Source: Candidatus Woesearchaeota archaeon
Lineage (GTDB): Archaea > Nanobdellota > Nanobdellia > SCGC-AAA011-G17 > JACPIM01
Assembly (NCBI GenBank): GCA_016185635.1
Contig: JACPNF010000010.1
Coordinates: forward strand, 1 to 47,628
DNA: 47,628 bases
Reading direction: 5' to 3'
Below the pieces are notes generated by a model. That model searched no databases, was not told the origin of the DNA, and saw nothing but the letters and a program-made list of their open reading frames with translations. Made by a program: the position numbers and the translations under genes. Of this stretch, positions 17,830-27,832 are shown piece by piece. How positions within the stretch are numbered: the stretch's first letter is position 1; each line of letters starts with the position of its first letter.

Positions 17830-18807
17830 GTGAGAAAAGAGTTTTTAGTTTTAGTGCTCATAATAAGCCTTAGTATTGCCTCTGCTGCAGAGCTGCCTAA
17901 TTGGCAAGACAAGTATGTAAATGACTTTGCAGGGATTTTTAATGCTTCACAAGTTAGTGAAGTTCGCGGGTTATTGGCTGCTGTTGATGGTTCTACAACT
18001 GCAGAAATTGTAGTTGTTACAGCTCCAGAATGCACACCTTTTGGAGGGGCTGAGCAGTATGCTTATAATATAGCTATAAAATGGGGTATTGGAAAGAAAG
18101 AGAAGGATAATGGTTTTCTGATATTATATTGCAGGGCTGAAAATAGAATTCGCGGAGAGGTTGGCAGGGGCTTGGAGGGCATACTACCTGATTCAAAAGT
18201 CGGAAGATTACTTGATGAGGAGTATGTTCCTTTAAAAAATAGAGGAGATGCTGCCGGAGGGATTATTTCTTTTACAAAAGCAGTAGCTTCTGTGGTTGAG
18301 GAGAATAAAGAAGAGGTTATTGCTGGGAAAACTGGACCTACCAGATTTAGTTATTTATTATTTTTCATTATAGCCTTCTTTTTTATTATTTTACTTTTTA
18401 GCATAGGCTCACGAAGTGTTGATGATAAGAGTATTCACGGGATAAAAAATAGCCGTGCCTATAATTTTGTTACTGGATTTATTTCAATAGTATTTGCAGG
18501 AATTTTATTCTTTACTGTTAATCCTGTTTTTGGAGTTGCTGCTTATTTTATTTTGAATGCAATTTTTAAGGCTATTAAGGGAATTAAATGCGAGAAAGAT
18601 GGACTTAGGATGGAAAAGATAGGCAGGAAAGGAAATCGCAATTTCTATAAATGCCCTAATGAACATGTTGGCTGGATTCTTGCTGCAGCTACAGCTGGTT
18701 ATTGGATTGGTCATGGACTTAGCGGTGGAGGATTTAGCGGTGGAGGATTTAGCGGCGGAGGAGGGTTTGGAGGTGGAGGATTTAGCGGCGGAGGAGCAAG
18801 CAGATAA
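17830..18807 (+). CDS. TPM-domain membrane protein with Gly-rich tail
   Basis: Signal peptide, then VNDFAGIFNASQ...TTAEIVVVT (TPM domain), two TM segments, a CxxxC..C.NEH Zn-ribbon-like stretch, and a (GGGFS)n tail. GTG start. Confidence 0.7.
   Translation: MRKEFLVLVLIISLSIASAAELPNWQDKYVNDFAGIFNASQVSEVRGLLAAVDGSTTAEIVVVTAPECTPFGGAEQYAYNIAIKWGIGKKEKDNGFLILYCRAENRIRGEVGRGLEGILPDSKVGRLLDEEYVPLKNRGDAAGGIISFTKAVASVVEENKEEVIAGKTGPTRFSYLLFFIIAFFFIILLFSIGSRSVDDKSIHGIKNSRAYNFVTGFISIVFAGILFFTVNPVFGVAAYFILNAIFKAIKGIKCEKDGLRMEKIGRKGNRNFYKCPNEHVGWILAAATAGYWIGHGLSGGGFSGGGFSGGGGFGGGGFSGGGASR
18721..18798 (+). repeat. coding tandem repeat (about 15-nt unit agcggtggaggattt, about 5 copies)
   Basis: Read directly. 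Encodes SGGGFSGGGFSGGGGFGGGGFSGGGA. Confidence 0.85.
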
Positions 18808-18846
18808 GAAATAGATTTATAAACATAAATTTGTTATAGGGAACTA

Positions 18847-19437
18847 ATGGATAATAAAATTAAAGGATTATCAAAGAAATGGTGGATTGTTATAGGAGTT
18901 ATTGCTATAATATTAATTTATTTGATAGCAGTATATAATAATTTTGTTACTCTCAATCAAAATATAAATGGAAAGTGGAGCGAGGTTGAAAACCAGTATC
19001 AGAGACAAGCAGACTTGATTCCAAATTTGGTTTCTATTGTTTCCAGTTCTCTTGGCGCAGAGACAAAGTTTGTCAAGGATGTTGTTGATGCAAGAACTGC
19101 CTGGCAAAATGCACAGAGCCAATTTGACAAGGATAAAGCTGGATTTCAAATGAACGGCGGGATAGCTGCTTTAGTCAACGCTGTTGCTGAAAATTATCCA
19201 ACTCTTCAGGCAAACAAGCAATATGTTGCCTTAACTGATGAAGTATCTGGAACACAAAACAGGATCACAGTTGCCAGAGGAAATTATATTTCTGCCATCC
19301 AATTATATAACACAGCTATATTAAGATTCCCAGCAAGATTAGCTGCTGGAATGTTTGGTTTTAGCGGTAAGGATTATTATAAGGCAGAACAGGGAGCATT
19401 AACAACACCAAAACTTGGAACTGGTTTGCTGCCTTAA
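18847..19437 (+). CDS. lemA: LemA-family protein
   Basis: N-terminal TM, then YNNFVTLNQNINGKWSEVENQYQRQADLIPNLV and YNTAILRFPA. LemA/TPM pairing is common. Confidence 0.85.
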   Translation: MDNKIKGLSKKWWIVIGVIAIILIYLIAVYNNFVTLNQNINGKWSEVENQYQRQADLIPNLVSIVSSSLGAETKFVKDVVDARTAWQNAQSQFDKDKAGFQMNGGIAALVNAVAENYPTLQANKQYVALTDEVSGTQNRITVARGNYISAIQLYNTAILRFPARLAAGMFGFSGKDYYKAEQGALTTPKLGTGLLP

Positions 19438-19456
19438 GGCATCTTAAATTATTAAA

Positions 19457-19987
19457 CTAAATTAATTCTTTCATCTTATTTTTATATTTTTTTTCTTCCA
19501 ATAGAGACAAACCAAATAGGCCATACATAGCTGAGATGAATAAAAAAGATATATAAGCTAGTTTATTAGATTCTGATATTTTTTGTTCTTTCCATTCCAA
19601 ATATTTACTAACTTCGGGAAGATTCTTTTGTTCTTCAAGATAGTTTTTCACTTCTTTTAAAGTTACGTTTGTTTCCTCTTCTTTTTTTTCATCAATACTT
19701 TCTTTAGCTTTTCTTTTTTGCCTTTCTAATATAAGAACTTTTCTTTCCATTTTAGAATAATTTATTGTTTCTGTGCTAGTTAAATAAGGGTTTTTTTCAA
19801 AGAAAGGATCCACTTTTTTGCTTGACATACCAATAAAAAAGATACCTGCCAACATTGAAAAATAAACCCCAAGATTAATTAGGTTGCTTTTAATTTCATA
19901 ATCCACATCTAACAATACTTTTTCAATCAGGTCTTCAATTTTCATCCTTTTCACAGGTTTTATTGATTTTTTAAATGTTTTTATCAA
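19457..19987 (-). CDS. hypothetical membrane protein (2 TM segments, Lys/Glu-rich coiled-coil middle)
   Basis: ORF and hydrophobic segments only. Confidence 0.35.
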   Translation of the reverse strand: MIKTFKKSIKPVKRMKIEDLIEKVLLDVDYEIKSNLINLGVYFSMLAGIFFIGMSSKKVDPFFEKNPYLTSTETINYSKMERKVLILERQKRKAKESIDEKKEEETNVTLKEVKNYLEEQKNLPEVSKYLEWKEQKISESNKLAYISFLFISAMYGLFGLSLLEEKKYKNKMKELI

Positions 19988-20023
19988 TAAATTTTATATA
20001 TTTAGTTATTTCTTTATTAGTAA

Positions 20024-22603
20024 ATGGATTTTGGAAGTGCTGAAAAAAAAGAGGTATTTAATTTACTTAAAAGCTCTGAGAATGGCTTAACTGAAAATGA
20101 AGCCAGGAGCAGATTAAATAAGTATGGCTTAAATGAAATAAAAGAAAAAAAAGAAAATTTAACTTTTAAAATCTTAATAGATCAAATTAACAATGTAGTT
20201 GTCTATATACTAATTGCAGCTATTGTTATTTCTCTGATAGTTGGAGAATATATTGATGCATCAGCAATACTTGCAATTTTGATATTTAATATAATACTGG
20301 GTTTTGTTCAGGATTATAGGGCAGAAAAATCCATTGAAAGTTTAAAAAAAATTGCATTGACAAATGCAAAGGTATTAAGAAACAAAGAAAAGAAAATAAT
20401 TGACTCAAAATACCTAACCAAGGGAGATGTAATATTTTTAGAAAGCGGAGACAAGATACCTTCTGACTGCTATATCTTAGAGGCTAATGAGTTAAAAGTT
20501 GATGAATCATTATTGACTGGGGAGAGTGTTCCAGTATACAAGGATGCCAGCAAAAAGGATAAAAAGAATTTAGTTTTTTCTGGAACAAGCGTAGTTTTTG
20601 GAAACTGCAAGGCTATTGTTTTTAGTATAGGCATGGAAACTGAGATAGGGAAAATTGCTGATCTGATACAGAAGCAGGAAGTTAAACAAACTCCTTTGCA
20701 AAACAAATTAGAAAAATTAGGCTGGAATCTTGGAATAATCACTTTTGTAATATCCCTGATAATTTTTTTGGTGGGCTTATTAAGAGGACAGGGGATAATA
20801 GAAATTTTATTGGTGTCTGTCAGCCTTGCTGTAGCCGCAATTCCTGAGGGTTTGCCAGCGATAGTTACTATTTCTTTAGCTTTGGGAGTGCAAAGGATGG
20901 TGAAAAATAATGTTCTGGTAAGAAAGTTAAATAGTGCTGAGACTCTGGGAGCTGTTACAATAATTGCAAGCGATAAAACAGGCACAATCACATGCAACCA
21001 AATGACTGTGAAAAAAATTTATGATGGAAAAAACACAATAAACATAACTGGAGAGGGCTATGGTCTTAAAGGCAATTTTTTATTGAACAATAAAAATTTT
21101 AATTCCAATAAGTTATCAAAATTAATACAGTGCAGTGTGCTATGCAATAATGCTGATTTAAAAGACAGCAAGCATTTCGGAGATCCCACTGAATTAGCTT
21201 TGCTTGTTATCGGAAAGAAAGCCAAACTTAATTTTGACAATAAAAGAGTAAAGGAAATTCCATTTAGTTCTGAAAGAAAATTTATGGGCACAGTTAACAT
21301 AATTAACAGAAAAAAGGTCTTATTTTTGAAAGGGGCTACTGAGGTTATCTTAAAAAAATCCAAAAAGATTTTAATTAACGGCAAGGCTGTCAAGTTAACT
21401 AACCAGAAAATCAAGGAGATTCTTTCTACTAATGAAAAATTTGCAAATGAAGCATTAAGAGTTCTTGGATTTTGCTACAGCGAGAAAAATAATGAGAAAG
21501 ACTGCATATTTTTAGGGTTAATGGGGATGATTGATCCTCCAAGAAAAGAAGTCAAGCAGTCTTTGGCACTGTGCAAAAAATCAGGCATAAGGGTAATCAT
21601 GATAACTGGAGATCATAAACTCACTGCACAGGCTATTGCAAAACAAATAGGCCTTGGAGGAAATGCCCTGACTGGAGAGGAACTAGATAAAATGAGTGAC
21701 AAAGAACTTAGGAAAGCTGCAAAAAACACTGATATTTATGCAAGAGTAAACCCTATCCATAAAGTCAAAATATTAAATGCCTTAAGGGATCATAACATTA
21801 TTTCCATGACTGGAGATGGTGTTAATGATGCTCCTGCATTAAAAAGTGCTGATATAGGTGTTAGCGTCGGAGACAGCACAGATGTAGCAAAAGAGGCCAG
21901 CAACTTAGTCTTATTAGACAATAGTTTTAGTTCAATTGTAAAAGCTGTAAAAGAAGGCAGGGGAATTTATAACAATATAAAGAAGTTTATTAATTACCTG
22001 CTGTCAAGCAATTTAGGAGAGGTATTTTTCCTGTTTTTCGCAATGATGGCTGGATTAAATGACAGCTTGGGAAATTTTGTTATTCCTTTATTGCCTTTGC
22101 AGTTATTATGGATAAATTTAGTTACAGATGGCTTTCCTGCATTAGCTTTAGGCATTGACCCAATAACTGACAAGGTCATGCATAAAAAACCGAGGGATCC
22201 AAATGAAAATATAATATCAAAAAATATGGCTTTAAATATTTTTTTTACTGGAACAATTTTTGCTTTAGGAACATTACTGCTATTTTATTTAAATATAAAC
22301 AATGCTGCAAAAGCGCAGACAATGGCTTTTACAACCTTAGTTATTTTACAATTGTTCAGGGTTAATGTAATCAGAAGCCAGTATGGTACAAAGCTATTTT
22401 CAAATAAATATCTTATGTTAGCAATTTTAACATCTTTATTGTTTCAACTAATCGCAATTTATACTCCCTTGAACAAGATATTTGAGACTGTTTTTTTAGG
22501 GATTTATGACTGGTTTTTGATATTAATTACCTGCATAATAATCTCTGGAGTTTCCTTATTATTTTATTATTTAACTGTGAGGATAACAAAGCAGACTGAT
22601 TAA
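20024..22603 (+). CDS. P-type cation-transporting ATPase (P2/Ca2+-ATPase-like)
   Basis: TGES, DKTGTITCN, MITGDH and GDGVNDAPALK motifs; about 10 TM segments. Confidence 0.9.
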   Translation: MDFGSAEKKEVFNLLKSSENGLTENEARSRLNKYGLNEIKEKKENLTFKILIDQINNVVVYILIAAIVISLIVGEYIDASAILAILIFNIILGFVQDYRAEKSIESLKKIALTNAKVLRNKEKKIIDSKYLTKGDVIFLESGDKIPSDCYILEANELKVDESLLTGESVPVYKDASKKDKKNLVFSGTSVVFGNCKAIVFSIGMETEIGKIADLIQKQEVKQTPLQNKLEKLGWNLGIITFVISLIIFLVGLLRGQGIIEILLVSVSLAVAAIPEGLPAIVTISLALGVQRMVKNNVLVRKLNSAETLGAVTIIASDKTGTITCNQMTVKKIYDGKNTINITGEGYGLKGNFLLNNKNFNSNKLSKLIQCSVLCNNADLKDSKHFGDPTELALLVIGKKAKLNFDNKRVKEIPFSSERKFMGTVNIINRKKVLFLKGATEVILKKSKKILINGKAVKLTNQKIKEILSTNEKFANEALRVLGFCYSEKNNEKDCIFLGLMGMIDPPRKEVKQSLALCKKSGIRVIMITGDHKLTAQAIAKQIGLGGNALTGEELDKMSDKELRKAAKNTDIYARVNPIHKVKILNALRDHNIISMTGDGVNDAPALKSADIGVSVGDSTDVAKEASNLVLLDNSFSSIVKAVKEGRGIYNNIKKFINYLLSSNLGEVFFLFFAMMAGLNDSLGNFVIPLLPLQLLWINLVTDGFPALALGIDPITDKVMHKKPRDPNENIISKNMALNIFFTGTIFALGTLLLFYLNINNAAKAQTMAFTTLVILQLFRVNVIRSQYGTKLFSNKYLMLAILTSLLFQLIAIYTPLNKIFETVFLGIYDWFLILITCIIISGVSLLFYYLTVRITKQTD

Positions 22604-22651
22604 AACTTATAAAAAGGTATATTTATAAATTAAATTTTTTATTTATTCATC

Positions 22652-22996
22652 ATGGGCAAGAAACGAGAAGAGCAGGAAAGACAGGAACAGATAGACTTTG
22701 AAATAAGCAGAGTTAAATTACCTAGGGGAAAACAGTGTATTGGTTTTCTTGACCAAAGGTTAGGAGCAAGCAGGATGAGGGTCAAATGTCTTGATGGCAA
22801 AACAAGAATATGCAGGATTCCAGGAAGATTAAAACGAAAATTATGGCTTAGGGAAGGAGATGTTATTTTAGTTGAACCGTGGGTTTTAGGCGGGGATGAG
22901 AAAGGAGACATAATCTTTAAATATAGGACATCCCAGGTAGATTGGTTAAGAAAAAAGGGTTATATAAAAGAAGTTAGCAGTGCAGAAGAGTTTTGA
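22652..22996 (+). CDS. translation initiation factor aIF1A
   Basis: S1-like OB core: RVKCLDGKTRICRIPGRLKRKLWLREGDVILVEPW...KGDIIFKY. Confidence 0.9.
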   Translation: MGKKREEQERQEQIDFEISRVKLPRGKQCIGFLDQRLGASRMRVKCLDGKTRICRIPGRLKRKLWLREGDVILVEPWVLGGDEKGDIIFKYRTSQVDWLRKKGYIKEVSSAEEF

Positions 22997-23004
22997 ATTT
23001 TAAG

Positions 23005-23514
23005 ATGAACTCAATAAAAATACCCTCTGAGAGAACAGGAGTTTTAATAGGAAAGAATGGGCAAACAAAAAAATTAGTAGAAAGAAAAACAAATACTAAA
23101 TTAATTGTTGACAAGGAAGGTGATGTTGTTATTAATGGAGAGGGAGTAGATGTTTATAATGCTCATATAGTTATCAAAGCTATAGGCAGAGGATTTAATC
23201 CTTCTATTGCATTGAGCTTATTAAAAGATGAAAACTGCATAGAGATTATTAACATTAAAGATTTTTCAGGCAGCTCCAAAAAAAAGTTCTTCAGGATTAA
23301 GTCAAGGGTAATTGGCAGCGAAGGAAAATTCAGAAAAACCTTGGAATATCTTACAAATACCAACATGGTCGTATTTGGAAAAACTGTTTCAATTATAGGA
23401 GAGGTAAATGATGTAAATGTTGCAAGAAGAGGAACTGAGATATTGCTGAGGGGGGCGCCACATTCAAATGCCTACAAGTATATAGAAAGGGAAATAAGCA
23501 AAGCAAGGGAATAA
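23005..23514 (+). CDS. KH-domain RNA-binding protein (Dim2/Pno1-like)
   Basis: Two KH-like GxxG regions (VLIGKNGQTKK, VIGSEGKFRK). Position after aIF1A. The track start TTG 22993 overlaps the aIF1A stop. Confidence 0.7.
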   Translation: MNSIKIPSERTGVLIGKNGQTKKLVERKTNTKLIVDKEGDVVINGEGVDVYNAHIVIKAIGRGFNPSIALSLLKDENCIEIINIKDFSGSSKKKFFRIKSRVIGSEGKFRKTLEYLTNTNMVVFGKTVSIIGEVNDVNVARRGTEILLRGAPHSNAYKYIEREISKARE

Positions 23515-23559
23515 TTTATATATTATAATTTTTTTCTTAATCTAATTGGGTGAAAAAAA

Positions 23560-25275
23560 GTGGTTGATGCAATAGACTTAGCAAAAAAACAAAGAGAAAT
23601 TTCTGTTTCTGAATTTTTTGCAAAAAATCGGCACCTTTTAGGATTTGACAGCCCTGCAAAAGCAATATTAATGGCTGTAAAAGAGTGTGCAGATAATTCT
23701 CTTGATGCATCAGAGGAAATAAGGGTTTTACCAGAAATTTATGTAGAAGTCAAGCAACTTTCTGAGAACAGGTTTAAAGTTATAGTTGAGGATAATGGTC
23801 CTGGAATTGTAAAAGAACAGATTCCAAAAGTTTTTGCAAAATTATTATACGGAAGCAAGTTTCATTCCTTGAAAATGTCACGCGGACAGCAAGGTATCGG
23901 CGTTAGTGCGGTTGTATTATATTCACAATTAACTACTGGAAAACCTGCAGTGATTACTTCTAAAACAGGACCAAAACAAAAAGCGCATCTTTATTGGTTG
24001 CACATCAACACCACAAAAAATGAACCTGAAATTGTAAAAGAGGATAGCATAGACTGGAATAAAGACCATGGCACTAGGGTTGAAGTAGAACTTGAAGGAA
24101 AATACCAGAAAGGAAAACAAAGTATTGATGAATATTTAAAACAATGCGCAATTGTAAACCCCCATGCTAAGATTATTTATATTAATCCCCTGAATGAAAA
24201 AGTAGAATATCCAAGAGCAACTACTGAGTTACCTAAAGAAGCTGTAGAGATCAAGCCACACCCATATGGTATTGAACTAGGAATTTTAATTAAAATGCTA
24301 AAAAGCACTGAGTCAAGGAACCTTAGCTCTTTTTTGCAAAATGATTTCTCAAGAATAAGCTCTGTTACTGCAAAAGAAATCTGCGATAAGGCTAATTTAG
24401 ACGGTAAATTAAAACCAGAAGAAATAGACCTGGCTAAATCAGAAAATCTGTTTAAGGCAATGCAAAACACAAAAATTATTGCACCTCAGACTAACTGCAT
24501 CAGCCCAATTGGGGAAGAGTTATTAATTAAAGGATTAAAAAAAGAGATAAATGCTGATTTTTATACTGCTGTATCCAGAAGCCCTGTAGTTTACAGAGGC
24601 AGGCCTTTTAGCATAGAAATTAGCTGCGCTTATGGTGGAGATATTGAAAAAGAAGGACAGGTAAGGCTTATGAGATTTGCAAACAGAGTTCCTTTATTGT
24701 ATCAGCAAGGAGCCTGCGCAATTACGAGCAGTGTCCAGGAAACTAATTGGAGACCTTATGGGCTGCAGCAAAGCACGGGGTCTATGCCTTATGGACCAAT
24801 TATACTTATTGTTCATATGGCCTCTGTATGGGTGCCTTTTACTTCTGAGAGCAAGGATGCAATAGCTCACTATGATGAAATAATAAAAGAAATAAAATTA
24901 GGGCTGCAGGAATGCGGAAGAAGGCTTGGAATTTTTATAAGAAAGAATGTAAAAGCAAAGGAACAAAAAGAAAAAATTGACTTGTTTGAGAAATATATCC
25001 CTGAACTGGCTTCTTCATTAAATAAATTAACTGGAGAAAAAGCAAATATTTTAGAAACTGAGCTTAAAAAAATCCTGCAAAAAAACATGAAAGATTTGTT
25101 AAGCACTATTGAAAACAAAGAAATAAAAGAAGAAATAAGGCAGGATATCCAAGACCAAGTAAATAACAAAAGGCCAGAGAAAAAAACTACAGTTAAAATT
25201 GAAAAACAAACAACTTTATTACAAGATAAATCAAAAAATAAAAAGTCCAGCAAAAATAAAATTCACAAAAAATGA
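23560..25275 (+). CDS. top6B: DNA topoisomerase VI subunit B
   Basis: GHKL/Bergerat fold motifs: ECADNSLDA, EDNGPGI, GSKFH..SRGQQGIG. Transducer domain. GTG start. Lys-rich tail. Confidence 0.9.
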   Translation: MVDAIDLAKKQREISVSEFFAKNRHLLGFDSPAKAILMAVKECADNSLDASEEIRVLPEIYVEVKQLSENRFKVIVEDNGPGIVKEQIPKVFAKLLYGSKFHSLKMSRGQQGIGVSAVVLYSQLTTGKPAVITSKTGPKQKAHLYWLHINTTKNEPEIVKEDSIDWNKDHGTRVEVELEGKYQKGKQSIDEYLKQCAIVNPHAKIIYINPLNEKVEYPRATTELPKEAVEIKPHPYGIELGILIKMLKSTESRNLSSFLQNDFSRISSVTAKEICDKANLDGKLKPEEIDLAKSENLFKAMQNTKIIAPQTNCISPIGEELLIKGLKKEINADFYTAVSRSPVVYRGRPFSIEISCAYGGDIEKEGQVRLMRFANRVPLLYQQGACAITSSVQETNWRPYGLQQSTGSMPYGPIILIVHMASVWVPFTSESKDAIAHYDEIIKEIKLGLQECGRRLGIFIRKNVKAKEQKEKIDLFEKYIPELASSLNKLTGEKANILETELKKILQKNMKDLLSTIENKEIKEEIRQDIQDQVNNKRPEKKTTVKIEKQTTLLQDKSKNKKSSKNKIHKK

Positions 25276-26357
25276 GCAAGGAAAAATCAAAAAAAATACT
25301 GGAAGAATTTGGAGATAATTTAGTCAAGCAGATAAAAAAAGGAAAAAATCCTGAGATAGAGATGACTTTAAGAAATTTAAGCAATATTATCTTTGACACT
25401 AAACAAAGAATACTGAAACTAGGGGATAAGACCCAAAATAGAAGCTTCTTTAATGTGGCGCATGCCAAGAAGTTTTTACAGACAATTGATGTTGCAAGCG
25501 TAATTAAAAAAGAACTGCTTGGCTCTGGAAAACATTCAAGCTTAAGAGATGTTTTTTACATGGTCAAAAGGACTATTCCAGGAACAAATGTTAATTTAGT
25601 TGACGACCAAATGGAATCTGACAAGGCCATCGAGGACTTAGAAGTAATTACAAGTTTATCAAGGGAACAGCTGCATGTTGCTGCAAACAAGAACGGAAGC
25701 GTTGCTGGGAAAGTAGTTATTGAAGACAAGGGGGATACTATAGACTGGGCACGCATGGGAAGCGGAGGGTGGAGCATTCCTTCAATAACTGAAGAAATTA
25801 TTTTTAAAAAAGTTAATGCAAAATATGTACTTTACATGGAGAAAGCAGCTGTATTTGAAAGGCTTAATGAAGACAAATTCTGGGAAAAGAACAACTGCAT
25901 AATAATTTCATCTCAGGGACAAGCAACAAGAGGAATAAGAAGATTGCTGCAGAGATTATATGAAGAGCATAATTTGCCAATTTATGTTTTATGCGACGGA
26001 GACATCTATGGAGCTTATATTTATTCTGTAATAAAATATGGCTCGATTGCGCTCGCCCATGCTTCTGGCAGATTAACTATCCCTGGAGTAAAGTATGTTG
26101 GCATTACCATGGATGACGTAATAAAATATGATTTAAAAAAACATTTTATCAAGTTAAATGACAATGATTATGCAAGAATAAAGCAGGTCTCTGAATATGA
26201 CTGGTTTAAGGACAACAAAGAATGGCTTAGGCAGTTCAAGATGATGAAGGACTTTAATGCCAAAGTTGAAATACAATCGCTTACTTCAAAAGGAATAAGC
26301 TTTATTTCTGAAAAATACCTGCCCGAGAAAATAAAGAACAAAGAATTCTTGGACTAG
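25272..26357 (+). CDS. top6A: DNA topoisomerase VI subunit A (Spo11 family)
   Basis: Catalytic Tyr region (SLRDVFYM), Toprim (MEKAAVFERL, CDGDIYG). ATGA overlap with top6B. Confidence 0.9.
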   Translation: MSKEKSKKILEEFGDNLVKQIKKGKNPEIEMTLRNLSNIIFDTKQRILKLGDKTQNRSFFNVAHAKKFLQTIDVASVIKKELLGSGKHSSLRDVFYMVKRTIPGTNVNLVDDQMESDKAIEDLEVITSLSREQLHVAANKNGSVAGKVVIEDKGDTIDWARMGSGGWSIPSITEEIIFKKVNAKYVLYMEKAAVFERLNEDKFWEKNNCIIISSQGQATRGIRRLLQRLYEEHNLPIYVLCDGDIYGAYIYSVIKYGSIALAHASGRLTIPGVKYVGITMDDVIKYDLKKHFIKLNDNDYARIKQVSEYDWFKDNKEWLRQFKMMKDFNAKVEIQSLTSKGISFISEKYLPEKIKNKEFLD

Positions 26358-26472
26358 GCTTTAGCAGGAATATTACCTTGCTTTTGGCATTTTAAAAACC
26401 AAACTTGTAATTCTCTTTACATGGCTTTTAACATTAGTTATGCAAGCCCATATATACCAGAAACTTAGCATT

Positions 26473-26510
26473 AAAGTAATATTTATATAATAGTAATACT
26501 TTATTACTTT
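26473..26510. promoter_or_regulatory. candidate promoter/operator of the vapBC pair (TATA-like tttatata flanked by AGTAAT inverted/direct repeats)
   Basis: aaagtaat (26473-80) / attacttt (26503-10) inverted; agtaata at 26475-81 and 26492-98; tttatata at 26482-89, about 25 nt before the ATG at 26511. Confidence 0.3.
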
Positions 26511-26756
26511 ATGGCAGATTTAAAGACAATTAAGGATATTGACAGGGCTACATGGAATGAGTTTAAGAGCCTGGCTGCAAAGGACAATTTAAAACTAGGA
26601 GTTTTTTTCAAGGTCTTATTAAAAGAGTATGGGAAATCAAAATCTTCTTTTTGGAAAAATATTCTTGAATTTGATAGGATTATTACTGACAAAGAAGCAG
26701 AAGAAATAGAGAAATCTATTATTAAAGTTAGGAAGGAATATGGTTTTAGAAAATGA
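26511..26756 (+). CDS. putative VapB-type antitoxin (assigned by position)
   Basis: 81-aa ORF with ATGA overlap onto the PIN gene. No family motif recognised. Confidence 0.45.
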   Translation: MADLKTIKDIDRATWNEFKSLAAKDNLKLGVFFKVLLKEYGKSKSSFWKNILEFDRIITDKEAEEIEKSIIKVRKEYGFRK

Positions 26757-27145
26757 CTCTTGTTTTAGATACATCTATTTTAATTGATTTGGAAAGAAAG
26801 AATTCTGAAACAATTAATAAATTAAAAAATTTTATAGAAATCCATCAAAGCCCTGCAAAAATTACTTTTATTAATGAATTTGAATTTTTATTTGGGGTAA
26901 AAGAAAAAAATATAAAAAATAAGGAAAAATCGATTTCTTTTTTATATAATTTTGATATATTACCCACAACAGGAAAAACAGCTACCATATTATCAAATTT
27001 AAAATATAAATATGATAAAAATGGCATAGCTATATCTTTAGCTGATTTATTAATAGCTTCTATGGTTATTGAAAATAATTTTGTTTTTTTAACAAAAGAT
27101 AAAGACTTTGAAAAAATAACTGAATTAAACAAGATAATCTTATAG
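26753..27145 (+). CDS. vapC: PIN-domain toxin (VapC family)
   Basis: LVLDTSILIDLER (first acidic residue), later E/D positions (EFEFL, LADLLIAS, TKDKDF). 130 aa. Confidence 0.75.
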   Translation: MTLVLDTSILIDLERKNSETINKLKNFIEIHQSPAKITFINEFEFLFGVKEKNIKNKEKSISFLYNFDILPTTGKTATILSNLKYKYDKNGIAISLADLLIASMVIENNFVFLTKDKDFEKITELNKIIL

Positions 27146-27215
27146 TTTAGTAAGCAAAAAACTTAGGATACTTTAAACCATTTTAATAAAAACATTTATA
27201 TATTAGAGGATATGT

Positions 27216-27830
27216 TTGTATCCTATGTTACAGGCTTTAATTCAGAAAATAGCTGGTATGGAGGATGTTGTAGTTCCTACTTTATTTAAACCTGGGCAGT
27301 TTAATATTATAAAAAAGCTCAGTTTAGGAAAAAAATTAAATGAAAATGAAAAAAGATATCTCCGGGGGAAGATGAAGAATAAACTCATGATATTGACTAA
27401 ATTTATGACTGACATGCTTGAAGAAGAGCAAGACTATAAGTTCTTCTTAGCTCATTTAGGATCTTATTATATAACAGGATTTGAGGCTTTAAAATATAAT
27501 GGTTTTGGATGGTATTTTAAAACTAAAATAATAGAAATTATAAATACTAAATTGGAAGGCAAGGTTATAATATCAGGAAAAACCTTAAAGATTATTAGAG
27601 CCAAATCAATAAGGAATAGCAAATTTTCAATTGACAAAAAAACAGGACTAAAATATGCTACAAATGAGCAAATTCTAAAGGATATAAAAATAACAAAAAA
27701 CAAGTATGCTGAAATAGTATGTAGGCAAATGCTATCAAGGTACGAGAAACTTTTCATTAAAAATTATAATAAATTTCAGATATTTAAGCAGAAGCCAAGA
27801 ATTGTTGACTATGTAAAATATGGGGTTTAA
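27216..27830 (+). CDS. putative AbiEi-like antitoxin partner of the downstream nucleotidyltransferase
   Basis: Sits 2 nt upstream of the AbiEii-like gene. SYYITGFEALKYNGFG resembles the AbiEi C-domain and the protein at 515..1180. TTG start; first ATG at 27225. Confidence 0.4.
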   Translation: MYPMLQALIQKIAGMEDVVVPTLFKPGQFNIIKKLSLGKKLNENEKRYLRGKMKNKLMILTKFMTDMLEEEQDYKFFLAHLGSYYITGFEALKYNGFGWYFKTKIIEIINTKLEGKVIISGKTLKIIRAKSIRNSKFSIDKKTGLKYATNEQILKDIKITKNKYAEIVCRQMLSRYEKLFIKNYNKFQIFKQKPRIVDYVKYGV

Positions 27831-27832
27831 CT

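Noticed and set aside
20470-22179. Antisense ORFs within the P-type ATPase gene, including a 175-aa one (20470..20997)
   Set aside because: The sense frame carries every P-type ATPase motif. The antisense products have no recognisable features.
26358-26420. Possible extra copy of the dispersed repeat (ggcattttaaaaaccaaacttgt) after top6A
   Set aside because: It matches the CDC48-leader unit only if a large internal deletion is assumed. Too short and A/T-rich to distinguish from chance by eye.
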